Below are positions 22,091-34,417 of a DNA stretch of 64,000 bases, in pieces. Each line of letters starts with the position of its first letter. Positions within the stretch are counted from its first letter, which is position 1. The DNA is from Mayamaea pseudoterrestris (taxonomy: Eukaryota), in assembly GCA_027923505.1 (NCBI GenBank), contig BROI01000017.1, positions 496,001-560,000 of the forward strand, read 5' to 3'. A model generated the notes under the pieces. That model made no database searches, had not been told where the DNA came from, and saw only the letters and a program-made list of their open reading frames with translations. A program made the position numbers and the translations under genes.

Positions 22091-25000
22091 TTACCCTGCA
22101 ATCCCTTCACTACTAGTTTTGTCCGTTTTGTTCTTCTGCAAAACCTCTTGCAGCCGCTTTGATCGCACATTTGCGAAAGTAATGGAATCTTCGTATCTCA
22201 TGGGCATGTACGCATCTAACCGCGTTTGTCTCTGTCCTGTGCGGGGTCGATCGATCACTGGATTTAAGAGCGCTCTAGTCTCTTCGGTTGACCACCCTAT
22301 ATTTTTATTGCAGTAAACTATAAGGCCGGCGGCATCAGGCTGTCCCCAAGAAAATCGACCTTTTGAGCTATCGACGACCGGCTGCGAGTATGCCTTTAAC
22401 ACATTCTCGACAGGAAAATTGTCGGGGGTAACCCATCGATTTCGGGCTGACTTGTGTTTCAAGTGGAAGGACTTGACTGCAACATTGTCCTCAGTACTAT
22501 CAACACCAGGAAGATCAATGCCATCAAGCCATGCTTTAAACGCCCGGAGTCCTTCTCCGGTGCTTTTCGAGAAATCAAATGCATGCAAAATCTCCATAGC
22601 GTTAACGATACCAACGCCTTTTACACCTTCAGTGTAATCACCTCCAAGTAACATTGCCAACGCCACCATCTCATGTTGGCCAAGACCCATCTCTCGCTCC
22701 GCGTCGGGTGCTTTGTACGCCTCCGCAAATTTCTGGTCTTCAAAAATATTTTTATAGACGTTCTTTCCGCCGAAAACAAAAACGTCACTATCGTCTGTAA
22801 CAATGCCATTCACTAAGCCAAGGCGCTCAAGCTCGGCACACTGAGACTCTGCTTCAGCCGGCGCTTCAAGGTAAGGTACGCCAAAAAGTTCCAGTAGCTG
22901 CATCACCTCCAATTTCATTTCGTCCGTCACTGTATCCGTATCTCGCTCGCGCTTGTTTCTTTCTTCCGCCCATATATTGCTATTTTCTTCGACAAGCCGC
23001 AGCGCTTGGTCCAGGTTTTCTGCAGTGTAGGCGTCGCCCACAGTGTCGGATTGGAGGCCACCTGCAAGACGGCGGTGAATCGGGGAAACTTTCTTGGCAG
23101 GGGATGGAACTCGACGGCCTGCACGTTGGCGTCGACTAGGTGAACGCTTGCGTGGAGAGGTATCCCGGCGACTGTCACCTTTTGCAGTCGGTGTATCAAG
23201 ACTCACAGCAGTAGAAGACGAAGTAATCACATTTGCCGGTGACGGTGACGCAACAATTGTCTGCTTAGATTCATCAATTTGTCGGCTGGGTGAGGCGGTC
23301 GTTGTGCTTTTTTGAGGCATTGCATCCTTCATTGCCCTGCGGAAAATTCTCCCCGCCCAGTCGGCCAGCTTGGCAGCCTCTTTCTGAGCTCGCTCAAGAG
23401 CTGCATTTGCATCTGCCACTGGACGGGCTTTCTTTGTACGTCTGGTATTAATGTAGTCCTCGTCCCTGTCAAAGGACGCGCTATTTTCTAGTTTATGCCC
23501 TTCCTCCCAGTCGTCGACACTGATTTCATGATCTTCATGTTCCTCGTGGTCTTCATCCTTATATTTATTTACTAACGTGCTAGACTTCGGCATTTCCGCT
23601 GCTTCACCGTCTTCCCAGTCTATGCTTGCTTCATCGCTGCTAGACAAAGCCACGCCGACATCAACGTCGTCTTCATTGTGCGCCAAGCAAATTGCCAAGT
23701 TCTGTGATTTTTCACTTTGTTGAGTATTAGGCTGCTCTTTACCCTGTAAATCCTGTGCCAGTAGCTGGTGTTGTGATTCAGCATACTCCTCAGTTTGAAG
23801 AGCCTCTGCCAAAAGCCGATCCTGGAGTTCCTGCGCCGCATTTTCCTCTAACGCGAGTGATGTCGTTGCATGATTCTGAAATAAAGAATTAGCATCACTA
23901 TTCCCATTGTCGCTGGTTCGAATATAACCGCCTCCGTCGGTCTCACTGTCGGAATCGACCGCAATGGGGCTGTGTTGTTGATTGCCATGTAAGCGGTTGT
24001 TCTCATTATCGAGTCGGGCATTTCCACCAGCACCACCTCGTTCCCACTGCACATCGGCACCTTCATCATCTTCAGAGTCCTCGATCTGCAGAATATTTTG
24101 CTGATAGCTCCGAAAGGGCCTTGCCGAGAGCTTTGTCTCGCCGTCGTTTAATATATTATCGTCAACGTTTCCGTTTCCAACGCTAACATTTCGTTTCTGT
24201 GCAATCGACGGTGAAATTTCCCACTCAGGTTCCTCCTCCGAATCTGATTCGTCGCGGCGACGCTTTCGCAGTAACCGTTTCGTCTCCTTGTGTTCACTCG
24301 TGTTGTGGTCATCTTCTCTAATTAACTCCAATCGCGTTGTGGTATCCGATGCCATGACATCTCCTCCTTGATAATCATGCTTGACAGCAGCAGCAAGCGA
24401 CGTTTGAATGCTCTTATTGAGTCGGGAGGATTTCAGAAAGTTAGCCATTTGCACCTGCGAAAAGGCAAACGGATCGCCTGCCGCTGGCATATGTTCCTTT
24501 CGACTCTGAATGCGGTGCCTGCGCTGGGCCTTTTCAATTGCATCTTTGCGTCGATTCGGAGGTAGCGTCGCGAGAAATGACATGTCAAGGTTATCGTGAT
24601 TGTCGCTCTGTTGTTGATTGTTGTTGTCCGAGTCATCATCAGAATCGTACAAACCAAGTCGGAGTAGTTGCTCTTGCTCTGTCTCCTGCGGATCGTCCCA
24701 ATCGTTAACTTCCTCCTCATCGTCATATTGCTGCTGATTAGTTGCGATTATCTGGCTGGTTTCACTACTAGCGGCTGGCAATTTGCGATCCAAATCACTG
24801 TCAACCATTTCACTTGACTGTGACTCTGCGCGATTGTTCGCTTGTGCTGTTCGAACATTGTCATCATCGTCATCGCCAGGATTAAATCCTCGCTCAAACG
24901 CTTGCGCATTCCCTTGGTTTGCCACCTGAATCCGTTCCTTCAATAGATTCTGATGAAGCAGCTTACGGGCCATGCGTTGCATGGAATCCTTGGAAACGTG

Positions 25001-25300
25001 GGCAAACTGCTCTCGCCTTCTTCGTCTTGCCGCTAGTTCGGCCGCTTTGACTTGCGGCGTTGGTCCATCAAAGACCAAGACTGGTTTAATGTTATGATAT
25101 AGCAGTCGACAGAGTCGACGAAAGAATCCCTTAAGATGCGCGGCTGGTTGGACCTTGCCAGTCTCTGGATCGCGCATGGCCTTGAGAAACTGCGTCAACC
25201 AGATGGACGCGTCCACCGCTAGTACTTGGCCTTCAAGTGTTTCAATGGAAATGCGACGGCCTATTGGCAGTAGCAGCTGCCATAGTCCCTTGACTCCCAT
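22091..25300 (-). CDS. ERCC5: XPG/ERCC5/RAD2 nucleotide-excision-repair endonuclease
   Basis: XPG-N (MGVKGLWQLL, LAVDASIWL, IKPVLVFDG), a long acidic spacer, and XPG-I (PYLEAPAEAESQCA, TDDSDVFVFG, LLGGDYTEGVKGVG). Confidence 0.95.
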   Translation of the reverse strand: MGVKGLWQLLLPIGRRISIETLEGQVLAVDASIWLTQFLKAMRDPETGKVQPAAHLKGFFRRLCRLLYHNIKPVLVFDGPTPQVKAAELAARRRRREQFAHVSKDSMQRMARKLLHQNLLKERIQVANQGNAQAFERGFNPGDDDDDNVRTAQANNRAESQSSEMVDSDLDRKLPAASSETSQIIATNQQQYDDEEEVNDWDDPQETEQEQLLRLGLYDSDDDSDNNNQQQSDNHDNLDMSFLATLPPNRRKDAIEKAQRRHRIQSRKEHMPAAGDPFAFSQVQMANFLKSSRLNKSIQTSLAAAVKHDYQGGDVMASDTTTRLELIREDDHNTSEHKETKRLLRKRRRDESDSEEEPEWEISPSIAQKRNVSVGNGNVDDNILNDGETKLSARPFRSYQQNILQIEDSEDDEGADVQWERGGAGGNARLDNENNRLHGNQQHSPIAVDSDSETDGGGYIRTSDNGNSDANSLFQNHATTSLALEENAAQELQDRLLAEALQTEEYAESQHQLLAQDLQGKEQPNTQQSEKSQNLAICLAHNEDDVDVGVALSSSDEASIDWEDGEAAEMPKSSTLVNKYKDEDHEEHEDHEISVDDWEEGHKLENSASFDRDEDYINTRRTKKARPVADANAALERAQKEAAKLADWAGRIFRRAMKDAMPQKSTTTASPSRQIDESKQTIVASPSPANVITSSSTAVSLDTPTAKGDSRRDTSPRKRSPSRRQRAGRRVPSPAKKVSPIHRRLAGGLQSDTVGDAYTAENLDQALRLVEENSNIWAEERNKRERDTDTVTDEMKLEVMQLLELFGVPYLEAPAEAESQCAELERLGLVNGIVTDDSDVFVFGGKNVYKNIFEDQKFAEAYKAPDAEREMGLGQHEMVALAMLLGGDYTEGVKGVGIVNAMEILHAFDFSKSTGEGLRAFKAWLDGIDLPGVDSTEDNVAVKSFHLKHKSARNRWVTPDNFPVENVLKAYSQPVVDSSKGRFSWGQPDAAGLIVYCNKNIGWSTEETRALLNPVIDRPRTGQRQTRLDAYMPMRYEDSITFANVRSKRLQEVLQKNKTDKTSSEGIAG

Positions 25301-25774
25301 GCTGTCGTTGTTATCTGTATGTATCTGTATACAGCACTCTGTTTCGTTCTTTCGTTGTCTTATGCCAAAGAGGTTCAATCGTATTGTGCCTCGTTGCTTC
25401 CTCGGAAAACAAACTGTGCTTGTCACGCACGTCAAGAAGCCACAAATTTACTGATGAGAAACGATTTGATAGTTCGAGAATGTCGCCAATATTTTCTATA
25501 AATTAACTAACAATGAAGGAGTCCATGCAAAGTGAAGAAGTTGGAAGAATGAACGTCATGGTGGCTGCGCATCGATCCTCGTTGAGTACCGGTGCGTCCC
25601 TTGATGAAACCGCTACGATACTCGTTCATTAGATTCGTTTCGACTTCGCCCACGATTTGAGCGATCTTGATGCCATACCTGTCAAGACCTTCTCGTCAAT
25701 TTCGGCATCCTTGACAACCTCCGTTCCGCTTTGCCAGTACATAGATAGATACATATCAATTGCAAGGCTTTAGC

Positions 25775-28700
25775 ATGTTGCAATCTCGACTTGCCTCGCT
25801 GGCTCGTCGCCGCGTCGTAGCAGCGCCTGCTACGCTTGGATGGCGATTCGCTTCCGTTCTCAACGACAAACCCCTTTGTACCCGATTCCTCTCCAATGAC
25901 AGCAAGTCAAACAGTCATCAGCCGCAGCATCGACAAGAACATGTCGTTATCCCTGGCATGCGGAGCGACTTGAGCTCCCTGGGTGGTGATGCCATCATGC
26001 CGAACCGTCAGCATCCGGTCGCTCCATGGCAGGCGGAACACAATATTGACGTGCAGCGTGTCACGCGCAAGGCTATAGTGCAAGTCATAGTATTTCTGAT
26101 TGAATTGGTTGAGATGCGTAATAAATTCACTCATATTTTACGAATCTTCATCCTGTTTACACAGATACGAACTCGCCCAGCAGTCGACTCGTTCGCTTGA
26201 AGAGGTTGTTCCATGGTTTCTCGACAATATGCCATCGGCTTACTTTCGTCAAGTACACGAGCAGTATCGCAATCAGCACCTAAAGTCAATTACAGCTGTC
26301 AAGGAAGCAGGTATGGACATGTATTTGAATCTCAAGACGCAACTACCGGATGGGCGGCAGGTTTTGACGTTTATTCGACCCGGCACGGCGGCTGGAACCT
26401 TGCTCCGCATGGTGGAGGAGCTGCCGTGGAAGCATAACGATGCCGACTATTTGCCGTTGACCCGGATTTTAGTATTTTCAGCCAAGGATGAGTCCATGAG
26501 CTTGAACATGTTTGTCTATGGCGTCAAGAATATGGCGCTGCCTGGACACTTTGATGAGCTGGAAGCGGGTAGAAACATTCTCGACTATGCCGCCGCTGTT
26601 CAGCGCGGAGACGTTTCGGAGCTGGAGCCAAACCCCTTGTATGAGCCAGAACCAATGAAGGAGTTTTTGCAGCGTTGCACGGAGAATTATATTCGGGCGC
26701 TCGCGAATGAACCGCGTCGCTTCTTGACGCAGCGCGCCTTGATTGAGCAAGTCTCGGGCACGGAGGGAACGCGCGTTTACATTGAACCAGCCGAGTCGGA
26801 AGATGGCGGAGAAGGAAGTTATTGGGTGGACGTTGCCGTGGCCAACTCGCTTCCGCAGGTGGCGTTGGAAAATGTGTGTCGGTTGCTGTTTCATCACCAT
26901 TTTGACGTGACTCGCAGTCGATTGGATATTGTCAATGACGGCGACAATGGAACTGTCACGGTAAGTGAAGTGAGGTGGTGATTGCGTGTCAAAATGTCAA
27001 ATGCTTACAATTTTGCTTGCAGATTCTTCGCATGCTTGCCGCACCAGTTTCTGGCAAGGAAATTACAGTTGATACGTTTGAGATGCTACAGCGGGAATTG
27101 AAGAGAGCTAAATGGCTCGACCCATTGACAATGGAGCTGTTCTTTGACAAGTACAAACATCTAGGGGTTGCTCGGGCGGAAATTATTACTGCATTTGGCT
27201 CGCTGCTGCACCCAATCATGGCCAAGGAAAATGCAATGGCGTTCTCCAAGGCGAACATCCTAGCGACAATATGCAGTGAGCGCTTCATGCCATACTCGGA
27301 AGCCGTTGCTGATCTTTTCGTCGACCGTTTTAATCCCAACAATCCACTATCAGATGCGGACTTTAAGTTGCGCTGTAATGAGATTATCCAGCTGATCAAA
27401 AGCGACGTTGAAGACACTGTTGCAACGGAACTCTTTCTTAAGATGGTGGCCATTGTGACTCACACGCTCAAGACGAATCTTTACATGCCTGACCGCTATG
27501 CGCTTGGACTTCGTTTGGACCCAAGGGTCATGGAAACTCCAGCCGACAAGGGACGAGAATTACCATTTGGTATCGTTTTTGTTCACGGACGGCGTTTTAA
27601 CGGTTACCATGTTCGATTCCGCGACATTGCTCGCGGAGGACTTCGGCTGGTGACTCCTCCAACACCAGAGCAGTACTCGCTGGAGTCGGCACGGCAATAC
27701 GACGAGTGCTATGGACTTGCATTCGCCCAGCAGCTCAAGAACAAGGATATTCCTGAAGGTGGTTCGAAAGCCGTCTGCCTCGTCGACCCCACTGGTATCG
27801 GCTCTAGTGCGAAGCAGTTTGTCATGCGAAAAAGTGTGAAAGCATTCACCGACACCATACTAGATTTGATCGTGTTGACTGATGAAACGAAGGAGAACAT
27901 TATCGACTTGTACGGCAAGAAGGAAGTGTTGTACTTGGGACCAGATGAGCAGATAATTCCAGATGACATTAACTGGATCATTAAGCGCGCTGGCTATCGA
28001 GGATACGACACTCCAAACGCTTTTATGAGCAGTAAGCCACGCGCCGGTATTAATCACAAGGAATTTGGAGTGACTAGCGAAGGCGTCAATGTTTATTTAG
28101 ACGTGGCGCTTCGTCAGGTTCTTGGCATTGATCCAAAGAAGGATACTTTCACAATCAAAATGACCGGAGGACCAGATGGAGACGTTGCTGGCAATGAGCT
28201 GAAGATTCTTTTTCGGGAGTACAATGAGACTGCCAAAGTTGTTGGAATTGCGGATGCATCGGGATGTTGTGAAGACCCGGCGGGGTTGGACCAAGAAGAG
28301 CTTCTCCGACTTGTGACGGACGGTTTGGCGATTGGTTATTTCAACCCAGCAAAGCTGGGTATCGATGGAGTTTTGCACAAGGCTGACAATCCCGAAGGCA
28401 TCAAAGCCCGCAACAGTATGCACAATCGCTTAAAGGCTGACGCATTTATGCCGTGTGGAGGACGTCCCAACACGATCGACATCACAAACTATCGTAATTT
28501 CATCGCCGAAGAGGGAGTTCCATCAAGTCCACTTATTGTTGAAGGCGCCAACCTATTTATAACCAAGGAAGCACGCAAGGCACTTTTCGAGGAAGCTGGT
28601 GTAGCCATTATCAAGGACAGCTCTGCTAATAAAGGCGGAGTAATAACAAGTTCCTACGAAATTTGTGGTTAGTGTACTGTGTCCCTCGTCGCATTGTAAA

Positions 28701-29441
28701 ACATTCCCAATCTCATTCTTTCTCCTATTTAGCCGCCATGCTTTTGGACGAGGATGTATTCTTGGAAAACAAGACGCAGATCGTGTCGGAAGTGCTTGAA
28801 AAACTCCGTGAGTATCTGTATTGGCAGCTTGTTTTATAACTATCAAGTACTCACCTCTATCGCTCGCAACAAACAGGTGGAGCTGCACATCTCGAGGCAA
28901 CACTGCTATTCCGTGAATTTGAAGTTCTCGGCACGTACTCGCTTCCCGAGATGAGCCAGGTCATCAGCGACACAATCAACGCTGCTACGGATGCGCTGGC
29001 AGTGGCTTTGGACACGTTATCTGAACAGGACCGTCAGTCACTGCTCCCGCTATTTCGCTCACACTTGCCCAAGACAGTAGCAGACCTGGGTTTTGACAAT
29101 GTGAGCGAACGCGTACCAGAACAATACATCAAAAATGCAATTGCTTCTTCCTTGGCTTCTAAGCTAGTCTACAAGGAAGGAACGTTGTTTATATCCTCGT
29201 TGCCGAAAGCACAGCTAGCAATGATGGCTCTCAAATACTTGGAAAAAGAACAAGAAGTGGTAAGTCATACTCCTGGGCTCCGGAATCTGTGCGCCAATCG
29301 AAGTTCTAACCCTTCGTTCGATTACAGATGAAATTATTGGAGGTAGTTCAACAGTCGGACCTGGCAGAGACGGACAAGGTAAAAGTTGTGACTTTACTGG
29401 ATCTTGGAGGTGCCCGAACAGCATTGAGTGCTCTTCAGTAG
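25775..29441 (+). CDS. GDH2: Large NAD-specific glutamate dehydrogenase (GDH2-type), probably mitochondrial; 6 exons
   Basis: GYHVRFRDIARGGLR, QQLKNKDIPEGGSK, LYLGPDE, GINHKEFGVTSEG, MTGGPDGDVAGN, PCGGRP, IVEGANLF, KDSSANKGGVITSSYE. Introns at about 26080-26164, 26961-27022, 28668-28731, 28809-28876 and 29260-29327. Confidence 0.93.
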
Positions 29442-29831
29442 CTGCGCTACACTTCATACTAAATACAAAAATAAACTAAAGAGTAGTTATACTGCACGTG
29501 AGTGAGGATGTCTGACACGGCCACCGTTAGCTCTAATTCACATTGCTTGATGGCAGCGTTCAGAGAAACGTAGGACTGGATGTACGCTCGATCTCGATTT
29601 GTAGGCTCTGACATCTGCGATACCATGGTTTCGTGTTTGAAAACCAGAATCCTGGGCGAGGATCCGTAAACGCATGGCAAATTGTTGCGCTGGGCCGCCG
29701 AAAGACAGAGAACCTCAAGCACTTTGTCGATGAGCTCGTTTGGAACATCACAGTCATCTCGAAGAACTCCCACACCCTGCAAACTTTTGTCACGTTGCTT
29801 AATACTATTAATCTTGTGAGCCAATGACTGT

Positions 29832-31822
29832 TTATAGATCTCGATCAGACTGGTATGAAATCTCTGCAATGGATCCCATTGAAGACGTCTGACTCTTTCG
29901 TTTTGTTTCTTCCCGCTCAAACCTTGCGTGAAACGAAGCATTGGAGGATCTGCCAACGTTTCGTCTCCAGTTGAATGGCAATTCTGCTGCCTTTAATAAG
30001 ATCAGCCTTTCTTTGTCTGCTTCTTCTCTGCCAACAGATGAGAAGGAATCGCTTTCTTCGCTTCATTCCAAACTAGATCACCGACAAATCCTTGTTCGCA
30101 GCACCTTTCAAATAGCCGGAGAGCGAGTTTTGTCCGAGATGCCCCTGCAGACATGAGATTCACAAAACACTTCATTAGGTTGCCATACGAGACGGCATCA
30201 GGCACAACATTCTCATCATTCATGCGCTTAAATGTGTGAACAGCAATCTGCAATATGTGCTGCCGCTCTTGCTCTGTATTTTCAGTGGCAGAGAACGCAG
30301 CGGCGTTTAGGACGGCATTAAATGGCAGTTGACTGAGCTGCAAATTATGTCTTGTCTTTCGCAAAATCAAGTATGCATTCAAAATTGATTCCGCTCTTAT
30401 GACCTTGTCTCTGGCCTTTGACTTGGCAAGAGTATCGAGAACTGAAGTAAATGAGTAGGCATCGGGTGCGATCTCCTCCTTTCCTGCCAAAATCATGTAA
30501 CGAAGCACTTTTTCGGCTCGAGACGCAGCCCCGTCAAGTGCACTCTTGCTCCACGCATGTAAGATATTGTTATACGAAATGGTATTCGGCGCCGGCGCGA
30601 CACCAGGGTCTTCGCCATGGGATGTAATCATTTCTTTGACCAACTTTTCCACTTGTGGGCCAGCTTGAGCGTGGCCCGAGTGACTCCACGCGGAGAGTAA
30701 CGTATTGTGCGAGACAAGATCGGGCTGGCAGCCGTGCGCTTTCAATTCCGTCAATAGTCTCATCGACTTCATTCCTGAGCGCGGGTCGTTGCTATTAGCC
30801 CAGCAGTGCATTGCCGCATTAAAGACAATGACATCAGGTTTGAGACTTGGGTCGTGACGTTGTCGATCCAGCAACCGATAGAGAAGCTCCTCTGCCGTTT
30901 CGGCAGCCTCTCTTCCTCCGCGACATGTCGCCAGTCCGTGTAAAACGGTGGCATAGGAGTGAATAGATGGTCGACTGGATGAATTTTTGCCTATCAAATC
31001 AAGACGTTTAAGTAGCTCAAGAGCACGTAATGCACCCTCCCACGTTCCTTGCTGCGCCCAAGCATTCATGACAGTATCAGCAACAACTGACGTTAGCTCG
31101 ATATCTGGACTATAAAGCGATGAGAGGTCATCAATGGCATGGAGTAGCTCAAAAAGTAAGCGCTCCGCCTGTAAAGGTGCGTCGCTGTCAAACTTGGCGT
31201 CGTGCGCGTAAGCATCCATGACGCTTGTATAGCTTATGAGGTTGGGTTTGACTCCCTTCTCCTGCATTAATCTTAAGACTGCTTCGGCTTGTGATCCGAC
31301 TGATCCTCGTCGCTCCAGCTGATTGTTACTGCTGCCACTTCGTCCTCGACTCTTGGCAATGGCATGGATCCACAAAATGTAGCCGCGCCTCAGCGTTGGC
31401 ACCGTAGCATCCAAGACTCCAACGCGACTGCCCAAATAATCCAATCGTTCAACCATTTCTTTGGCCTTTTTTACGGCTTTTGGATCGTTCTTGGCGATGC
31501 GATCCGAAACGTCTTGAAGCAGCAAGTATGCCTTCTTTTTATACTTGGCTCGAGGAAGGGCCAAAAGTGAGACATCGGCGTCAATACCGTCCTCACCACC
31601 ACCATCTTGTTTATGATCTTCGTTAGACAGTGCTAACGCCATCTCAGTCACTACCTTTGGTGTCTGATGAATGACCTGCGACGAAACAAATGCAGATTGA
31701 TCGTACGGTCGACGCCTTGTTAAAACTCCACGAATCGTTATTCGCGGGCAACACCATGCATAAGACACACCAGAGAGGCATACCAGGAGGATGATGGCGG
31801 CAGATAGGAAGCAACTATGCAT
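29832..31822 (-). CDS. Pentatricopeptide-repeat protein, probably plastid-targeted; apparent frameshift near the 3' end
   Basis: PPR-like units (PNLISYTSVMDAYA, PDVIVFNAAMHCWA, PDLVSHNTLLSAWS, PNTISYNNILHAWS, PDAYSFTSVLDTLA). Signal peptide ending SYA-W. The main ORF stops at 30002, but a PPR-type tail ELPFNWRRNV continues in another frame to TAA at 29834-29832. Confidence 0.85.
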
Positions 31823-32052
31823 ACTTGTACCGGTATAATGGTTGTTGTCGCCATATATCATGAGATCCAACTCAGGTTGACGCGAACAAAGCAAGAATCT
31901 CACTCGGCGTTTAGGTCTCGTATCGGTACTCACAAGAGACGTATCAAGGACGGACCGTCGCGGCGCTGATGCACTTGATGCGACTGCTGCCAATCAACGA
32001 TCGATTCCATCACCCTATTTCCTTGAGACCATTCAACTGGATATAAACACAG

Positions 32053-33312
32053 ATGGCGACAATGATGAGGTCACAAAAGAGATTGGTAGTTTTGCCTTTG
32101 CTATTCGCTGCAACTTTTTTTGCAACAGCTGCATTTATCACGCCATCTTTATCTGGTCGACGAGAAAAGTTCCATCATCCATCACCCAGTGTACCTTTTA
32201 CTGCTACTCCGGCATTAACATCGTCATCAACTGTACTATTTGCTGTTCCAGCTCTTGTCAAGCGAGCCAAGAAACAAGTCTTGAAACAATATGCGGCTGC
32301 AGGAGTACCAGAAGACGTCATGGCTGTCTATCGATCCATGATGGAAAAGGTGAAGGAGAATAACGACGAGGAGTCAATGGCAGATGCAGCGGCTAATACC
32401 GTCATGGGGCCACTCCAGGATGCAATCACGAGACGCAAGGGAACATTGACTGTCATTGCCGAGTTTAGACGCAAGCGAGAAACCCAAAATGCCAGCAAGG
32501 CGAAAGCAGCGGAAGATGCAGCAGCGTCGGACTCAAGCGAGACTGCTGCTGCTTCCTCTACTGCAACGCCAACCGGTGACAGCGTCTCCCTCAACTTGGA
32601 TCCCGAAGTATTGAGTCCCATCTTTCGGTCCAGCGGCGTTTCCGGCATTGCCGTGCTGGCCGACGACAATGTTGGTGGATGCAGCTACGACGATTTGAAT
32701 AAAATTGTCACGGAGCAGTCTCGGGCGCATCAACAAGTACCCGGACCAGTGATTGTCATTAACAGTGATGTCATTATTGACGAACTCCAACTTGCAGTGA
32801 GTAAAGTGGCTGGCGTAGGAGCAGTCTTGGTATCGTTGACTATGAATGGAGCCGAGCAGACGCAAAAACTGTTGCAGTGTTGCAAGGCTGTCGACTTGGA
32901 GTGCATAGTCAGTGTCGAAACGCCAGAGGAAGCACAGCAGGCGGTAGATTTGGGCGCGGCCATGATCATGGTGACCAATGTGGATGGAGCCGACGCCAAG
33001 CAAAGTGTGATTAGCAACTTGACTATGCCAGAGGCTAGCAACAACAACAAAGTTTCACTCATTGCCAATATTCGCGCCTACAATGACAACCAGTGGCTTG
33101 AAGTTGAGGAGGCTTGGGCAATTCGCGACAAAGGCTTTCACTGCGCATGGGTTGGCGATGCTTTATACAAGAGTGGAACGGATGTTATGGAAACGCCGGC
33201 CGCAATCATCAAGGCCATGAAGAGCAAGAGCAGCGTCAAGTGGGCGAGTCCGAAAGTGTACACTGGCAAGGGCGAGGGTGCTAGAGAATACCTTGGTGAT
33301 ATTCTAATGTAA
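32053..33312 (+). CDS. Indole-3-glycerol-phosphate synthase-like TIM-barrel protein, plastid-targeted, catalytic residues degenerate
   Basis: Signal peptide + AF motif. VIAEFRR, IAVLAD, SDVIIDELQL, GVGAVLV and VETPEEAQQAVDLGA align with TrpC motifs. Confidence 0.75.
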   Translation: MATMMRSQKRLVVLPLLFAATFFATAAFITPSLSGRREKFHHPSPSVPFTATPALTSSSTVLFAVPALVKRAKKQVLKQYAAAGVPEDVMAVYRSMMEKVKENNDEESMADAAANTVMGPLQDAITRRKGTLTVIAEFRRKRETQNASKAKAAEDAAASDSSETAAASSTATPTGDSVSLNLDPEVLSPIFRSSGVSGIAVLADDNVGGCSYDDLNKIVTEQSRAHQQVPGPVIVINSDVIIDELQLAVSKVAGVGAVLVSLTMNGAEQTQKLLQCCKAVDLECIVSVETPEEAQQAVDLGAAMIMVTNVDGADAKQSVISNLTMPEASNNNKVSLIANIRAYNDNQWLEVEEAWAIRDKGFHCAWVGDALYKSGTDVMETPAAIIKAMKSKSSVKWASPKVYTGKGEGAREYLGDILM

Positions 33313-33447
33313 AATTGTTACAACTACCGGTAGTGGTAATGTACAAACTAAAGAATGGCACGTCGAGTTTTGCTGTCACTTGATAAATCGCTTCGTACGG
33401 TAAACTCGTTTTGAGCATGCGACATGCTTCGCAAACACCTGTCCATA

Positions 33448-34173
33448 TTAGATCGGGAGATCCTGGACCTTGATTTTACCATTGCCGTACATCAGTTTTA
33501 ATAATATCTGTGTCAGCCCCGAAACAAAGCCAAGGAAGCTTGGAATCACAACGTTGTAATCATTCAAGCGCAATGCCCCCACTGATGTCCAAAGAAAACC
33601 ATTAACTGTCATGGCAATCGATAGCGGAAGTGCAATGGACGCCGCTGATTTAATATCAATAACTGTCTTTAGTGAGGCCAAAGGTGACGCAAACAAGGCA
33701 ATGCAAATGGCTACGGCAGCACGTCCAACAATCTCACTCTTGTGTCTGAGCGGCGAAATTGCAACCAGCAAGGTTGCTACTATAATTGACAATGCGACTT
33801 GAAAATGTTGCTGAACAGATCCGGGCAATGTTGGAGCAGATTTTGGTGAATGCTTGATAAACTTTAACATGTAAAAGAGACCGAGAAAAATGCCTGGTCC
33901 GTTGGCAATCCAGATTTTTGGCTCCCTCTTCATAACGCCGTAGCAAGTCCATACGAAAGCATTTGCCAGCATGCTGCTGTATGGCAAGAGGGGTAGCGTC
34001 CCAACCGACTTGTCCTTGGAAATTTGCTGCATGGTTGGAATGGGCGACAAGCAGAGAATGATGCTCGATAAAGGTGCGGCCACCTGAGCGAAGTCAAGAA
34101 ACGGGCTCACGCCATTCTGTAACAGAGACGACGTCGTAGACGTTGCTGCAGAGATTGTCATTCTAGGGATCAT
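33448..34173 (-). CDS. SWEET: SWEET (MtN3/saliva) sugar transporter
   Basis: Seven hydrophobic segments; LSPIPT..I.KDKSVG.LPLLPY, W..YG, ANG.G, ASPLASLKTVI..KS. Confidence 0.92.
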   Translation of the reverse strand: MIPRMTISAATSTTSSLLQNGVSPFLDFAQVAAPLSSIILCLSPIPTMQQISKDKSVGTLPLLPYSSMLANAFVWTCYGVMKREPKIWIANGPGIFLGLFYMLKFIKHSPKSAPTLPGSVQQHFQVALSIIVATLLVAISPLRHKSEIVGRAAVAICIALFASPLASLKTVIDIKSAASIALPLSIAMTVNGFLWTSVGALRLNDYNVVIPSFLGFVSGLTQILLKLMYGNGKIKVQDLPI

Positions 34174-34417
34174 GGAGATTGGCTAGTAAGGAGCACGGTG
34201 GCGCTGGTTTTTGTGAGGCTTGACGCCTCGCGTCGAAAGAAGCCGATGGATTTTCTGCCGCTGCGACGTCATAAAAACCTCTCCGTTTCGTCAGCGGCTC
34301 GCCCGGCGCGCAACACAAAAGATCGCGCGCGTCGTCAGAACATTCATGTTGTTGCCTTCGACGTTTATAATATCGACCCATGTGTCTTGATTAACAGTAA
34401 ATCGCATTGATATCGAC

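Noticed and set aside
29459..29956. 165-aa minus-strand ORF downstream of the PPR gene
   Set aside because: It has a non-ATG start, overlaps the probable PPR tail in another frame and has no recognisable domain.
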